64,000 nt of DNA from an uncultured Gemmatimonadales bacterium (lineage in GTDB: Bacteria; Gemmatimonadota; Gemmatimonadetes; Longimicrobiales; RSA9), in contig CAWCUS010000006.1 in NCBI GenBank assembly GCA_963798845.1, forward strand, positions 1,056,001 through 1,120,000, written 5' to 3'. How positions within the stretch are numbered: the first letter of the stretch is position 1; each line of letters begins with the position of its first letter. Shown here in pieces: positions 9,310 through 19,303 of this stretch. Both the position numbers and the translations under genes were made by a program. Below the pieces are notes generated by a model. It saw only the letters and a program-made list of their open reading frames with translations. It did not search any database and was not told the DNA's origin.

Positions 9310-11016
9310 TCAGTTCCGCGCGAACAGCGTCCAGCCCTGGTACCACGGCGTCGCCGCCGGGTCCACGGCGCCCACGTACGACGTGGCCGGCATGGGCCCG
9401 CCGAAGAAGTTCTCGACGCGTCTGGCGATGGGCGTGCCGGCGAACGAGCTCATACCGCCGTCCGCCGCGGCCGACCCAGAGGCCGGGGCGAGGTCGAGGC
9501 TGCTGTTCGTCACGTCGTCCGAGCTGGTGGGAAGCGAGCCGCCGAACAGGTCGGCGATCTGGGCGGTGAGGATGTTCCAGGCGCTCGCGTTGTCGAACAG
9601 CACCGAGCCGAAGTTGGTGCCCGCCGGCTCGAAGTTGCTCCCGTTCTCCGCCAGGATGATGTTGCGAAAGTAGAGCGAATCGGCGTCCAGCAGGTCCTTG
9701 CTCTCCTGGTTGCGGACGCTGATGCCCACGCCGGGCCAGCGGGCGATGATCCCGTTCACGAACGTGCCGCCCGAACCACGCCGGACCACCGCACCGCTGC
9801 CGTCCGAGGTCGAGAACACGCCCGCTCCCGGGCCGATGACCGTGAAGTTGGCCCACACCGGCGCCGAGTGGGGCGCATTCGAATAGGCGCAGCCGGCCTT
9901 GTCGATCTCGCACCCGTCACCTTCGAATCCGCGCGGATCGCTGGACACCGTGCCGGTGCCGGGGCGTGGCTGGAGCACGGACGTCTGGAGCGCGATCAGG
10001 AACTGCGCCCGGCCTTCGAAGCCCTCGGTCCAGTCGAAGTGGTCATCGCCGGTCTCGAAGGAGACGATGTGGCGATAGTCGCCGGCGCCGCCGAACGACT
10101 CAATGCCATCATCGAGACCCGCCATCACCTCCACGTAGTCCAGCGTGGTCCCGCGGCCGACCGCGTAGTTGGAGATGCTGTTGAGCTCCTGCCCGGCGCC
10201 GTTCGAAACGTCGTAGCCGGCGAACTCCACCCGCACGTACTCGAGCGAGCCCGAGCTGTCGTTGAAGTCCGTGCCGCCCGAGTAGTCCTCGGCGGCGCCC
10301 GTGGGCCCCTCGGTGAAAATGGGGCTGGCGGTGCGGTTGATCAGCCCGTTGCCGACCATGATGATGCCGCCCCAGTCGCCGGGCGCCCGCTTCCCCTCCG
10401 CGCGCTGAGACGTGAAGCGGATCGGCTGGTCGGCCGTGCCCTCGGCCATGAGCCTGGAGCCGCGCAGGATCCACAGCGAGCTGCCTGGCACCAGGGTGTC
10501 GCCCACCACGGTCGTACCGGGCTCCACCGTCAGCGTGGCACCGTTGCTCACCTTCACGTATCCGCTCAGGACGTACGTGGTGTCGCTGTGGAAGGTGCGG
10601 TCGAGCGTGACGCCGGTGACCATGGCCACCTTCGGCCCATCCCCGGGCGTGGTCACGCTGACCGCGTTGCTGTTCGAGCTCTTCGAGGTCCCCTGGACCG
10701 CGCGCACCTGGTAGCTGTAGGTGGTCGCGGGCGAGACGCCGTCATCGGTGAACGCCGTGGCGGTGAGCCCCGTCGCCAGCGTGGTGTGGCTGCCGCTCCC
10801 CTGGGCGCGGTCGATCTCGTAGCTCGCGGCGCCCGTGACCTGGCTCCACGTGACCTGTACGGTGGTGGCGGAGACGGCCTGCGCCTGAACGTTCGTGGGT
10901 GCGTCCAGCACCACCGGCTCCGTGCCGCCGTCGCCGCCGTTGTCACTGCAAGCCACCGTCGCGCCTGTGGCCAGCGCCGCGGCGAAGACGGCCAGTCTGC
11001 GAAAGTCGAATCGCAT
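9310..11016 (-). CDS. Surface lipoprotein with fibronectin type III domain and beta-helix-like body
   Basis: Lipobox TVAC; FN3 (APTNVQA..YSYQVRAV); GDWGG, DSSGSLEYVRVEFAG, DDGIESFGG, DDHFDW. Confidence 0.75.
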   Translation of the reverse strand: MRFDFRRLAVFAAALATGATVACSDNGGDGGTEPVVLDAPTNVQAQAVSATTVQVTWSQVTGAASYEIDRAQGSGSHTTLATGLTATAFTDDGVSPATTYSYQVRAVQGTSKSSNSNAVSVTTPGDGPKVAMVTGVTLDRTFHSDTTYVLSGYVKVSNGATLTVEPGTTVVGDTLVPGSSLWILRGSRLMAEGTADQPIRFTSQRAEGKRAPGDWGGIIMVGNGLINRTASPIFTEGPTGAAEDYSGGTDFNDSSGSLEYVRVEFAGYDVSNGAGQELNSISNYAVGRGTTLDYVEVMAGLDDGIESFGGAGDYRHIVSFETGDDHFDWTEGFEGRAQFLIALQTSVLQPRPGTGTVSSDPRGFEGDGCEIDKAGCAYSNAPHSAPVWANFTVIGPGAGVFSTSDGSGAVVRRGSGGTFVNGIIARWPGVGISVRNQESKDLLDADSLYFRNIILAENGSNFEPAGTNFGSVLFDNASAWNILTAQIADLFGGSLPTSSDDVTNSSLDLAPASGSAAADGGMSSFAGTPIARRVENFFGGPMPATSYVGAVDPAATPWYQGWTLFARN

Positions 11017-11088
11017 CGTCGGTTGTTCTCCCTCTCGGGTTCGGGATCGAGTGATCACCACAACATGAGCGGCTCCTGCACGGAGGCG

Positions 11089-11115
11089 ATCACGCGCCCG
11101 TAACGCCCGGGTCAC
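11089..11115 (-). promoter_or_regulatory. Putative Pho box (GTGAC/GTTAC/GTGAT at 11-bp period)
   Basis: Minus-strand pentamers at 11115, 11104 and 11093, upstream of the lipoprotein gene. Confidence 0.55.
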
Positions 11116-11312
11116 GTCCGTCCCACCGTTCGGTCTATGACGCGCGAGCGGAAGACCGCGGACGGCCTGGGCGGGGTGGCGAACGGGCCCGCGCGGGCGA
11201 CGGGGCCCGACGGCATCCTGAAGGCGGTCACGCAACGCCCTCCTTTCCCGGGTCCCCGCGCCGCGCGCGACCTCGCCCGTGTGCACACAGGTGCGCCCGC
11301 CATGGCCAGATC

Positions 11313-11350
11313 GTGACGTGGTCGTGACTCGAGGGCCGCACGGGCGTGAC
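11313..11350 (+). promoter_or_regulatory. Putative Pho box (GTGAC at 11313, 11324, 11346)
   Basis: 11-bp register upstream of the TonB receptor. Confidence 0.5.
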
Positions 11351-11424
11351 CGCGAACGGCCACCATCAGACAGACGCGGAGGGATCCGCTCGCCGCGACC
11401 GAGAGAACAGAGGAATCAGACCTG

Positions 11425-14197
11425 ATGCGACATCACTTCCGTTCGCTGTTGCTCGTGTTCGCGGCCCTGCGTCGCCGCGGCCCCCGCTGCCGGCCAGACG
11501 GGTCGGATCGTGGGGCGCGTCATGGACAGCCAGACGGGCGAGGCGGTTCCGGGAACGCAGGTCACGGTGGACGGCACCGGGCTCAGCGTCCTGGCGAGCG
11601 TGGACGGGCGCTTCATGCTGTCGAACGTGCCGGCTGGTCAACGGTCGGTCACGGCCGCGTATCTGGGCTACGGCTCCAAGACCGTGGAGGCAGTGGAGGT
11701 GCCGGCCGGGGGCGCGGTGGAGCAGAACATCGCGCTGTCGCCGCAGGCGCTGAACCTCGGGGCCGTGAAGGTGTCGGCGGTGAGGGAACGGGGCACGGTG
11801 GCGTCGGCGGTGAACGAGCAGCGGACGGCGGTGGGGGTCACCAGCGCCACCACGGCGGAGCAGATGGCGAAGAGCCCGGACAGCGACGCGGCGGAGGCCG
11901 TGCGACGGGTCAGCGGCGTGACGGTGGAGGACGGGAAGTACGTGTTCGTGCGGGGACTCGGGGAGCGCTACACCACGACGTCGCTGAACGGCGCCCGGGT
12001 GCCGAGCCCGGAGCCGGAGAAGAAGGTGGTGCCGCTGGACCTCTTCCCCTCGAACCTCCTGGAAGCGATCACCACGTCGAAGACGTTCACGCCGGACCAG
12101 CCGGGGGACTTCAGCGGAGCGTCGGTGGACCTGCGCACGCGCTCGTTCCCGGCGAACCGTATGCTCCGCCTCTCGGTGTCGAGCGGGTACAATACGGCAG
12201 TGACGGGCAAGGCCATGCTCCTGCCGGCGACGCAGGGCGGCGAGTGGGCGGCGCTGGCGGCGAGTCAGCGTTCGCTCCCGTCGTCGCTGACGAGCGTGCA
12301 GGACTTCTCGCAGCTGTCGCGCTCGGAGCTGAACACCATGATCCGGGCGCTGCCGCGCGACTGGACCGCGGGCGAGGGGTCGGGGCAGCCGAACCTGTCG
12401 GGGAGCCTGTCGTTCGGCGGCGAGGACCCGGTCCTCGGCCACCGCTTCGGCTACGTGGGGTCTCTCTCCTACTCCCACAACCAGTCTGCGCACCTCGGTG
12501 AGATCCGGGCTCGCGCCGTCCCCGGCGACGCGACCGGGACGCCCGTTCCGTACAACACGTTCCTGGGGAGCACGGGCCAGAGCAGCGTGCTGTGGGGCGG
12601 CCTGCTGAACCTGAGCACGTATGTCGGCCCGGCCACGAAGATCGAGCTGAACAACACGTACGACCGCACGGCCGACAACATCGCGCACCAGGACTGGGGC
12701 ACTCTGGAGGAGTTCACCCAGGTGGACAGCGTGCAGCGGACGTCGCTCCGGTACGTGGAGCGGAGCGTTCGCTCCAACCAGCTGCGCGCGGCGCACCAGC
12801 TGAACGATCGGAACAGGATCACGTGGGCGGTCACGTCCTCCGCGGTCTCCCGCGTGGAGCCGGATCGCGCCGACCTGGCGTACGGGTTGGAGACCGCGCC
12901 CACGGGCGAGCGCCTCCCGCTCGCGTGGCTGGGGTTCATCCCGGAAGCGGCCAAGCGGACCACCTCGAGTCTGAGCGAGGACGCCTGGAACGGCGACCTG
13001 GAGTACGCGCTCTCGCTTGGCACACCCGAGCACGAGACCACCCTGCGGATCGGCGGCTCGTACCGATACACGAGGCGGGACGCGTCGAGCGCGTCGTACA
13101 ACCTGCGCGCGGTGGGGCTCGATGCCGCCGCGCGCGCGGCGACGCCCGACCAGCTCTTCTACGGCCGCTACACGGCCGGTGACGCGACGCACATCATCCT
13201 CGAGCCGAACGCGAGCGGGGGCGCGTACGACGCTACGGATCGCGTGCGCGCGGGCTACCTCATGGCGGAGGTGCCGCTCGCGTGGTGGCTGCGGGTGGTC
13301 GGGGGGGCACGCGTGGAGCGGTGGACGCTGGACATGCAGGCGGAGCCCACGGATCGCGGCTTGGTGGACATCGGCCGCGACAACACGGACGTGCTCCCGT
13401 CGCTCGCGCTCAACGCGCGGCTGGGGGAGAACCAGGCGCTCCGGCTGTCGGCCACGCAGACGCTGGCGAGGCCCGAGTACCGGGAGCTCGCGCCGATCAG
13501 CTACCGCGACATGCTGGGGGAGCGCGAGGTGTTCGGAGATTCGAGCCTGGTCCGCACGCTGGTCCAGAACTACGACCTGCGCTGGGAGTACTACCCGTCC
13601 CTCACCGAGGTCGTCAGCGTCGGTCTGTTCGCCAAGCACTTCGACCACCCGATCGAGCAGATCGACGTCGCCACCTCCGGGGTGTCGCAGCTCAGCTTCA
13701 TCAACGCCCGGTCCGCGATCAACTACGGCGTCGAGCTCGAGCTCCGAAAAGGACTCGGCTTTCTCGCCGACCCTCTGGAGCCGCTCGGGGCGTTCGCGAA
13801 CGTGACCTTCATGCACAGCCGGATCAACACCAGCAACAGCACCCTCTCGGCACTCACCAACGACGAGCGACCCATGGTCGGACAGGCACCCTACGTCGTC
13901 AACGCCGGGCTGTCCTACGCCCGTGGCGGCGGCGCCAGTGCGACGGTCCTGTACAACGTCGTGGGCAGGCGGATCTCCTCCGCTGCCGTCACGCCGATCA
14001 CGGTGGACACGTACGAGCAGCGCCGCCAACAGCTCGACTTCTCCCTGCGCCTGCCGCTCACCCGCGGCGTCGACGCGAAGCTGGACGCCAAGAACCTGCT
14101 CGACTCCCCGTACGAAGAGCGTCAGGGCGACGTCGTCCGCTACCGCTACACCACAGGCCGCAGGCTTTCCCTCGGGTTCAGCGTTCAGCTGGATTGA
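11425..14197 (+). CDS. TonB-dependent receptor; apparent frameshift in signal peptide near 11465-11470
   Basis: CarboxypepD-like N-domain, plug (VRGLGERY, VPLDLFP), barrel ending FSVQLD. RBS and ATG 11425 (MRHHFRSLLLVFAA) are one frame off the main ORF 11510-14197. Confidence 0.9.
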
Positions 14198-14219
14198 GCG
14201 CTCACGCGGTGGAGCGGCG

Positions 14220-14253
14220 CCAGGCCCGGCCGGAACGTCCCGGCCGGGCCTGG
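14220..14253. terminator. Perfect 14-bp-stem hairpin after the TonB receptor
   Basis: CCAGGCCCGGCCGG-aacgtc-CCGGCCGGGCCTGG; no U-tract. Confidence 0.55.
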
Positions 14254-14292
14254 CTCGTCCGGGGAGTCGAGGAGGTGCGGCGGCGGAAGCCC

Positions 14293-14330
14293 GTGATGTG
14301 TATGTTACATGCCGGTTACCTCGGGTTGAC
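14293..14330 (+). promoter_or_regulatory. Putative Pho box upstream of phoB (GTGAT, GTTAC, GTTAC, TTGAC)
   Basis: Pentamers at 14293, 14304, 14315 and 14326, exactly 11 bp apart. Confidence 0.65.
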
Positions 14331-14442
14331 CCTTACCCCCTAGTCCTACAGGGGACGAGTCCAACCAGGCCGCCCGCCGGGCGGGTGCCCCGCTCCGGGG
14401 CGCCTCCTCCGCCGGCGCCGCCTCACCCGCGAGAGGAACAGG

Positions 14443-15159
14443 ATGGCAGGAGCCACGACGGCCTCGGCGCAGATCCTGGTGGTGGAAGACGAGCGCGACA
14501 TCGCGGCCCTGGTGGCCTATCACCTGACGCGCGAAGGATTCCGTGTGCGCACGGTGGCGAGCGGCGATGAAGCGCTTGAAGCCGTGCGGGCGGACCGCCC
14601 GGATCTGGTAGTGCTGGATCTGATGCTCCCCGAGCGTTCCGGATACGAAGTGCTGACGGAGCTGCGACGTCGGAGCGAGATGCGGGAAGTGCCGGTGGTG
14701 GTGCTCACCGCCCGTCGTGAGGAGGCGGACCGGATCAAGGGGCTGGAGCTGGGCGCGGACGACTACATGACGAAGCCGTTCAGCCCGCAGGAGCTCGTGC
14801 TCCGCATCGGTGCGGTGCTGCGGCGGGTGCAGGCGCCGCCCGTGGCGGGGGCCGGGCGGACGCTCCGCTCCGGCCCGGTGGTCGTGGACGTGTCCGCCAT
14901 GACCGTGACCGTGAACGGCGAGCCCGTGGACCTGACGCCCACGGAGTACAGGCTGCTGATGGCGCTGCTGGAGCGGAAGGGGCGGGTGCAGAGCCGGCAG
15001 CAGCTGCTGGAGAGCGCGTGGGACATCCACGTGCATATCGAGACGCGCACGGTCGACATGCACATCCAGCGGCTGCGCTCGAAGCTGGGGGAGGCCGGGG
15101 ACCTCATCGAGACGGTCCGCGGGTTCGGCTATAGACTCCGCGGCGCAGAGAACGCCTGA
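14443..15159 (+). CDS. phoB: OmpR/PhoB-family response regulator
   Basis: VVEDE, DLMLP, GADDYMTKPF, RTVDMHIQRLR, IETVRGFGY; pstB/phoU context. Confidence 0.85.
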   Translation: MAGATTASAQILVVEDERDIAALVAYHLTREGFRVRTVASGDEALEAVRADRPDLVVLDLMLPERSGYEVLTELRRRSEMREVPVVVLTARREEADRIKGLELGADDYMTKPFSPQELVLRIGAVLRRVQAPPVAGAGRTLRSGPVVVDVSAMTVTVNGEPVDLTPTEYRLLMALLERKGRVQSRQQLLESAWDIHVHIETRTVDMHIQRLRSKLGEAGDLIETVRGFGYRLRGAENA

Positions 15160-15175
15160 ACAGGGCGCCGTTCCA

Positions 15176-16591
15176 ATGCGCATCCGGCTCCGCGTCCTGC
15201 TCCCGGCCCTCGTCGGCGTCCTGGGCGCCGTCGTGGTCGTCGTGGCTGCCAACGCGGTGGGCGTCGACGTGGCCCGGGCCCTTTCCGAGGACCCTTCCGG
15301 CATGACGCGCGCCGCCCACGCGGCGCGCGACGCCGTGCTGCGCTGGGGCGTCCTGGCGCTCGCGTTGTCCATCGTCGCCAGCATCATAGCCGGACGGGCC
15401 ATGGCGCGTCCCCTGGAGCAGGTGCGGCGCCTGGCAGAGCAGCTCGGAGGCGAGCGGCCGGCCACAGCCGGCGCCAGCGTGGTGGCGGAAGTGCAGGACG
15501 TGGTGCGCTCCATGGCGCGGACCGCCGGCGAGCTGCGGGATCGGGGAGAGCGTGAGGCGAGCGAGCGGGCGGAGCTCGCCGCGCTGGTGGAAGCGTTCTC
15601 CGAAGGGATCATCCAGCTCGATCCGGACGGCCGAATCGTCCGGGTGAACGGCGCCGCTCGCAAGATGATGGGGTGGCCCGCCGACGCTGCGGGCCGGCGC
15701 GCCGCGTCGCTGCTCCGGAACCCGGAGCTCCGTCGCCTTCTCGACACGGGGTCGATCGGGGGCGAGCCCGTGGAACTGGCGCTCGATGACAAGCGGCTGC
15801 TCGTCACCACCGGTCGCGGCCCCGGCGACGGCATCGTGGCCACGGTGGTGGACCTCACCGACCTGCGTCGCCTCGAGGAGGTGCGCCGCGACTTCGTCGC
15901 CAATGCCAGCCACGAGCTGAAGACGCCGCTGACCTCCATCCGCGGGTACACCGAGACGCTCCTCGGCGGCGGGCTCCCCGAAGACGACCAGCGTCAGTTC
16001 CTCGCCACCATAGCCCGCAACGCCGAGCGCCTCCAGCACATCGTGGACGACCTGCTCGACCTCTCCCGACTCGAGTCCGGACGCTGGCACCCGGAGCTGC
16101 AGCCCGTCCACCTGCTCCAGCACGCCGAGAACGCGTGGGCACCCTTCGCTGACCGCGCCGCCGACGCCGGCGTCTCCTTCCGCGTCGCGGCGGCCGGCGA
16201 CCCGGTCGCCGACACCGCACTCGCCGACCCCCGAGCCGTCGAGCAGGTCTTCGCCAACCTCTTCGACAACGCCCTCCGCTACACGCCCGGAAATGGCAGC
16301 GTAACCGTCACCGCCTCCACCAGCGAGACCGCGCCGGGAAGCGGCGCCACCCGCGGACCCTGGCGGGTGGTCGAGGTCGCCGACACCGGATCCGGCATCC
16401 CACGCGATGCGCTGCCACGCATCTTCGAGCGCTTCTACCGCGTCGATCCCGCCCGCTCCCGCGCCGAGGGCGGCACCGGTCTCGGCCTCTCCATCGTCAG
16501 GCACATGGTGGACAGCATGGGCGGCGGGATCACTGCGGACAGCGCGCTCGGAAAGGGGACGACGATCCGGTTCTGGCTACGGACGAGGTGA
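15176..16591 (+). CDS. phoR: Sensor histidine kinase (HAMP-PAS-HisKA-HATPase), PhoR-like
   Basis: RRDFVANASHELKTPLTSIRGY, RIFERFYRVD, GGTGLGLSIV. Confidence 0.85.
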   Translation: MRIRLRVLLPALVGVLGAVVVVVAANAVGVDVARALSEDPSGMTRAAHAARDAVLRWGVLALALSIVASIIAGRAMARPLEQVRRLAEQLGGERPATAGASVVAEVQDVVRSMARTAGELRDRGEREASERAELAALVEAFSEGIIQLDPDGRIVRVNGAARKMMGWPADAAGRRAASLLRNPELRRLLDTGSIGGEPVELALDDKRLLVTTGRGPGDGIVATVVDLTDLRRLEEVRRDFVANASHELKTPLTSIRGYTETLLGGGLPEDDQRQFLATIARNAERLQHIVDDLLDLSRLESGRWHPELQPVHLLQHAENAWAPFADRAADAGVSFRVAAAGDPVADTALADPRAVEQVFANLFDNALRYTPGNGSVTVTASTSETAPGSGATRGPWRVVEVADTGSGIPRDALPRIFERFYRVDPARSRAEGGTGLGLSIVRHMVDSMGGGITADSALGKGTTIRFWLRTR

Positions 16592-16606
16592 CGCGGGGCG
16601 CTCGCG

Positions 16607-16813
16607 CGGCCCCGCTGCGCGGGGAGTCGAGCCTCGGCGGCTGGCGCCGCCTCGGCCCCGCTGCGCGGGGAGTCGAACCTCGGCGGCTGGCGCCGCCTCG
16701 GCCCCGCTGCGCGGGGATTCGAACCTCGGCGGCTGGCGCCGCCTCGGCCCCGCTGCGCGGGGAGTCGAGCCTCGGCGGCTGGCGCCGCCTCGGCCCCGCT
16801 TCGCGGGGAGTCG
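16607..16813. repeat. 46-bp tandem repeat x4.5 (REP-like double hairpin)
   Basis: Unit CGGCCCCGCTGCGCGGGGAGTCGAGCCTCGGCGGCTGGCGCCGCCT at 16607, 16653, 16699, 16745 and partial at 16791. Confidence 0.95.
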
Positions 16814-16822
16814 GAGGGTGCT

Positions 16823-16860
16823 GTTACACAGCCGCGACGGTTCCGTGGCTGGGCGGCGAC
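16823..16860 (+). promoter_or_regulatory. Putative degenerate Pho box (GTTAC, GCGAC, GTGGC, GCGAC)
   Basis: 11-bp register at 16823, 16834, 16845 and 16856. Confidence 0.4.
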
Positions 16861-16911
16861 GGTGGCCCGCCAGACTTCTCCATGAGGGCCAATCGACTCG
16901 TGGAGGATGAG

Positions 16912-17298
16912 ATGACACCGCACGTGGACCGCGATAATGGCTACGCCACCTTCCGCGAGGGGCGCTCGGCCTGCATCCGGTTGACGGGAGATCTCGACGC
17001 CGAAACTGCCCGGGCCATTGCTGCCCATCTCCGGCAGGACCGGCAGAGCATACGGCTGCGGCTGGAATGCTCGGCGCTCGAGCACGTGGATGCCGCTGGC
17101 GCCCGGATCCTCTCGGCCGCGCTCCTCCACTGGAGCCAGGGTGCGGGCGACCGCTCGGTCGACATCCTGAACCTGGCTGCCCACACGGCCTCCCGAGTCG
17201 CGCTACACCCTCTCGTTTCCTTCCTGGAGACCGACGAGCACCTGTTCATCGATCCGGATCGCGAGCTGTTCGCTGATCCTGCGGGGCGCGTGGCCTGA
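16912..17298 (+). CDS. STAS-domain protein (anti-anti-sigma-like)
   Basis: IRLTGDLDAETA, LECSALEHVDAAGARIL; GGAGG RBS at 16902. Confidence 0.65.
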   Translation: MTPHVDRDNGYATFREGRSACIRLTGDLDAETARAIAAHLRQDRQSIRLRLECSALEHVDAAGARILSAALLHWSQGAGDRSVDILNLAAHTASRVALHPLVSFLETDEHLFIDPDRELFADPAGRVA

Positions 17299-17338
17299 AC
17301 GGGACGACCTCGCTCCCGCGCGGCGCCCGGGGCCGGCA

Positions 17339-17365
17339 GTTACATTTCCGTTACACCGTCGTGAC
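17339..17365 (+). promoter_or_regulatory. Putative Pho box (GTTAC, GTTAC, GTGAC)
   Basis: Pentamers at 17339, 17350 and 17361, upstream of porin-pstB-phoU. Confidence 0.65.
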
Positions 17366-17448
17366 GGTGTCCGAGTACCGATTCGGCTATCTCTCCTCCA
17401 GCCCCGCACGTCACATCGGCGAGGCGGGTCGGGTGTGGAGTGGGAACA

Positions 17449-18507
17449 ATGAAACGGGCAATGCTGACGACGGCGGTCCTGGTGCTGCTCGGGGCGGGCG
17501 GTGCTCGGGGACAGTCCGTGCGTGTATTCGGTCGGAGCGAGCTGCAGTTTCACACGACGTCCGTGGGGTCGGAGGACGTCGGGGAAGGGGTGTCAGCGCC
17601 GGCGGCGACGGAGATGGAGCTTCGTCGCGCGCACCTGGGGGCGGAGGCCACGGTTTCGGATGGGGTCCTGGCGTTCATCCAGGTGGACTTCGGCGATGGC
17701 GTGCTGACGATCAAGGACGCGTATGCGGACGTGCGGCTCGCACAGGGCGTGTGGGTGCGGGCCGGGCAGTACAAGAAGCCATTCAGCCCGCTGGCGCTCT
17801 ACGGGAGCCCGCGGCTCCTGACGATCGAGCGGCAGGTCAGGATTCCGGGGCTGGAGAAGGTGGTGCCAGTGCCGGGAGAGGAGCAGTGGCTGCTGGCGGC
17901 CGGCCTGTACGCGGGCCGGCAGGTCGGGGCGATGGTCCACGGGGCGGCCGGGCCGCTCGGCTACGCCGCGGGCGTGTTCAACGGCGAGGGTGCGAACCGG
18001 CGGGAGGTGAGTGCGTCGAAGGCGTACACCGCCCGGCTGACATGGACGGCGGCCGCGCTGGTGCTGGGCGGTGGCGCGAGCGTGCAGCCGGTGCGGGATG
18101 CCGATGGCACGGAAGTGTCGGGGGCGGTGTGGGGGCTGGACGCGGAATATGGCCGGTTCGGTTTGCCGGGCCCGCACGTGCTCGGCGAGTGGATGTACGG
18201 CGACGATCTGGCGCTGGTCGCGGACGGTGCGGCGCCGGCCATGATGGGTGCGCAGGTCGCGGCCACCTACTTCATCCCTGGGCGGCGGGTGTTCCGTGGC
18301 TGGGAGCCGGTGCTTCGGGTGAGCTGGGCGGACCCGGACCGGGGCATTCCCGCGGACGCCGGCCTGCTGCTGACGCCGGGGGTCAACCTGTACTTCGCGG
18401 AACAGAGCCGGTTCATGCTGAACTGGGACGCCTACGTGTCGTCCCGGTCGGCACCGGGGTCGGAGCTGGAGTCGTCGTTCATGGCGGAGCTCCAGGTCGT
18501 TTTTTAG
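17449..18507 (+). CDS. Phosphate-selective porin (OprO/OprP-like)
   Basis: Signal peptide; [31 protein letters not shown]-terminal F. Confidence 0.75.
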   Translation: MKRAMLTTAVLVLLGAGGARGQSVRVFGRSELQFHTTSVGSEDVGEGVSAPAATEMELRRAHLGAEATVSDGVLAFIQVDFGDGVLTIKDAYADVRLAQGVWVRAGQYKKPFSPLALYGSPRLLTIERQVRIPGLEKVVPVPGEEQWLLAAGLYAGRQVGAMVHGAAGPLGYAAGVFNGEGANRREVSASKAYTARLTWTAAALVLGGGASVQPVRDADGTEVSGAVWGLDAEYGRFGLPGPHVLGEWMYGDDLALVADGAAPAMMGAQVAATYFIPGRRVFRGWEPVLRVSWADPDRGIPADAGLLLTPGVNLYFAEQSRFMLNWDAYVSSRSAPGSELESSFMAELQVVF

Positions 18508-18526
18508 GCGAACGAAACGGGAACGG

Positions 18527-19303
18527 ATGACAGACGCGATCCAGACGCCGCCGGGCGATGCCGTGCTGGAGACGGAGGACCTGTGGGTCTCGTACGGGGA
18601 GAACGCGGCCGTGCGGGAGGTCACGCTCAAGATCCCGCGCAACCAGGTCGTGGCGTTCATCGGTCCGTCGGGTTGCGGCAAGAGCACGCTGCTGCGCTGC
18701 TTCAACCGGATGAACGACCTGGTTCCGGCCGCGCGCGTGAAGGGGACCGTTCGTTACCACGGCAAGAACCTGTACGGCGACGACGTGGATCCCGTGGACG
18801 TTCGCCGGCGGATCGGGATGGTGTTCCAGAAGCCGAACCCGTTCCCGAAGTCGATCTACGACAACGTGGCGTTCGGCGTCCGCATCAATGGGTTCAAGGG
18901 GAGCCTGGACGAGCTCGTGGAGCGGGCGCTGCGGCAGGCAGCCCTGTGGGAGGAGGTGAAGGATCGGCTGACGGAGAGCGCGCTGAGCCTTTCGGGTGGG
19001 CAGCAACAGCGGCTGGTGGTGGCGCGTGCGCTGGCCATCGAGCCGGACGTGATCCTCATGGACGAGCCGACTTCGGCGCTGGACCCGATCGCGACGCAGA
19101 AGATCGAGGAGCTGATCTACGACCTGAAGCAGGACTACTCCGTCGTGATCGTTACGCATAACATGCAGCAGGCGGCCCGCATTTCCGACTACACGGCGTT
19201 CCTTTACATGGGCGAGCTGGTGGAATACGGCGCCACGGACGGGCTCTTCACGAACCCGGTGGAAGAGCGGACGGAGGCGTACATCACGGGGAGGTTCGGA
19301 TGA
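18527..19303 (+). CDS. pstB: Phosphate ABC transporter ATP-binding protein
   Basis: [54 protein letters not shown]. Confidence 0.97.
   Translation: MTDAIQTPPGDAVLETEDLWVSYGENAAVREVTLKIPRNQVVAFIGPSGCGKSTLLRCFNRMNDLVPAARVKGTVRYHGKNLYGDDVDPVDVRRRIGMVFQKPNPFPKSIYDNVAFGVRINGFKGSLDELVERALRQAALWEEVKDRLTESALSLSGGQQQRLVVARALAIEPDVILMDEPTSALDPIATQKIEELIYDLKQDYSVVIVTHNMQQAARISDYTAFLYMGELVEYGATDGLFTNPVEERTEAYITGRFG

Noticed and set aside
16607..16813. CRISPR array, or an N-terminal extension of ORF 16588-17298
   Set aside because: No unique spacers; 46 bp is not a multiple of 3; a good RBS and ATG exist at 16902-16912
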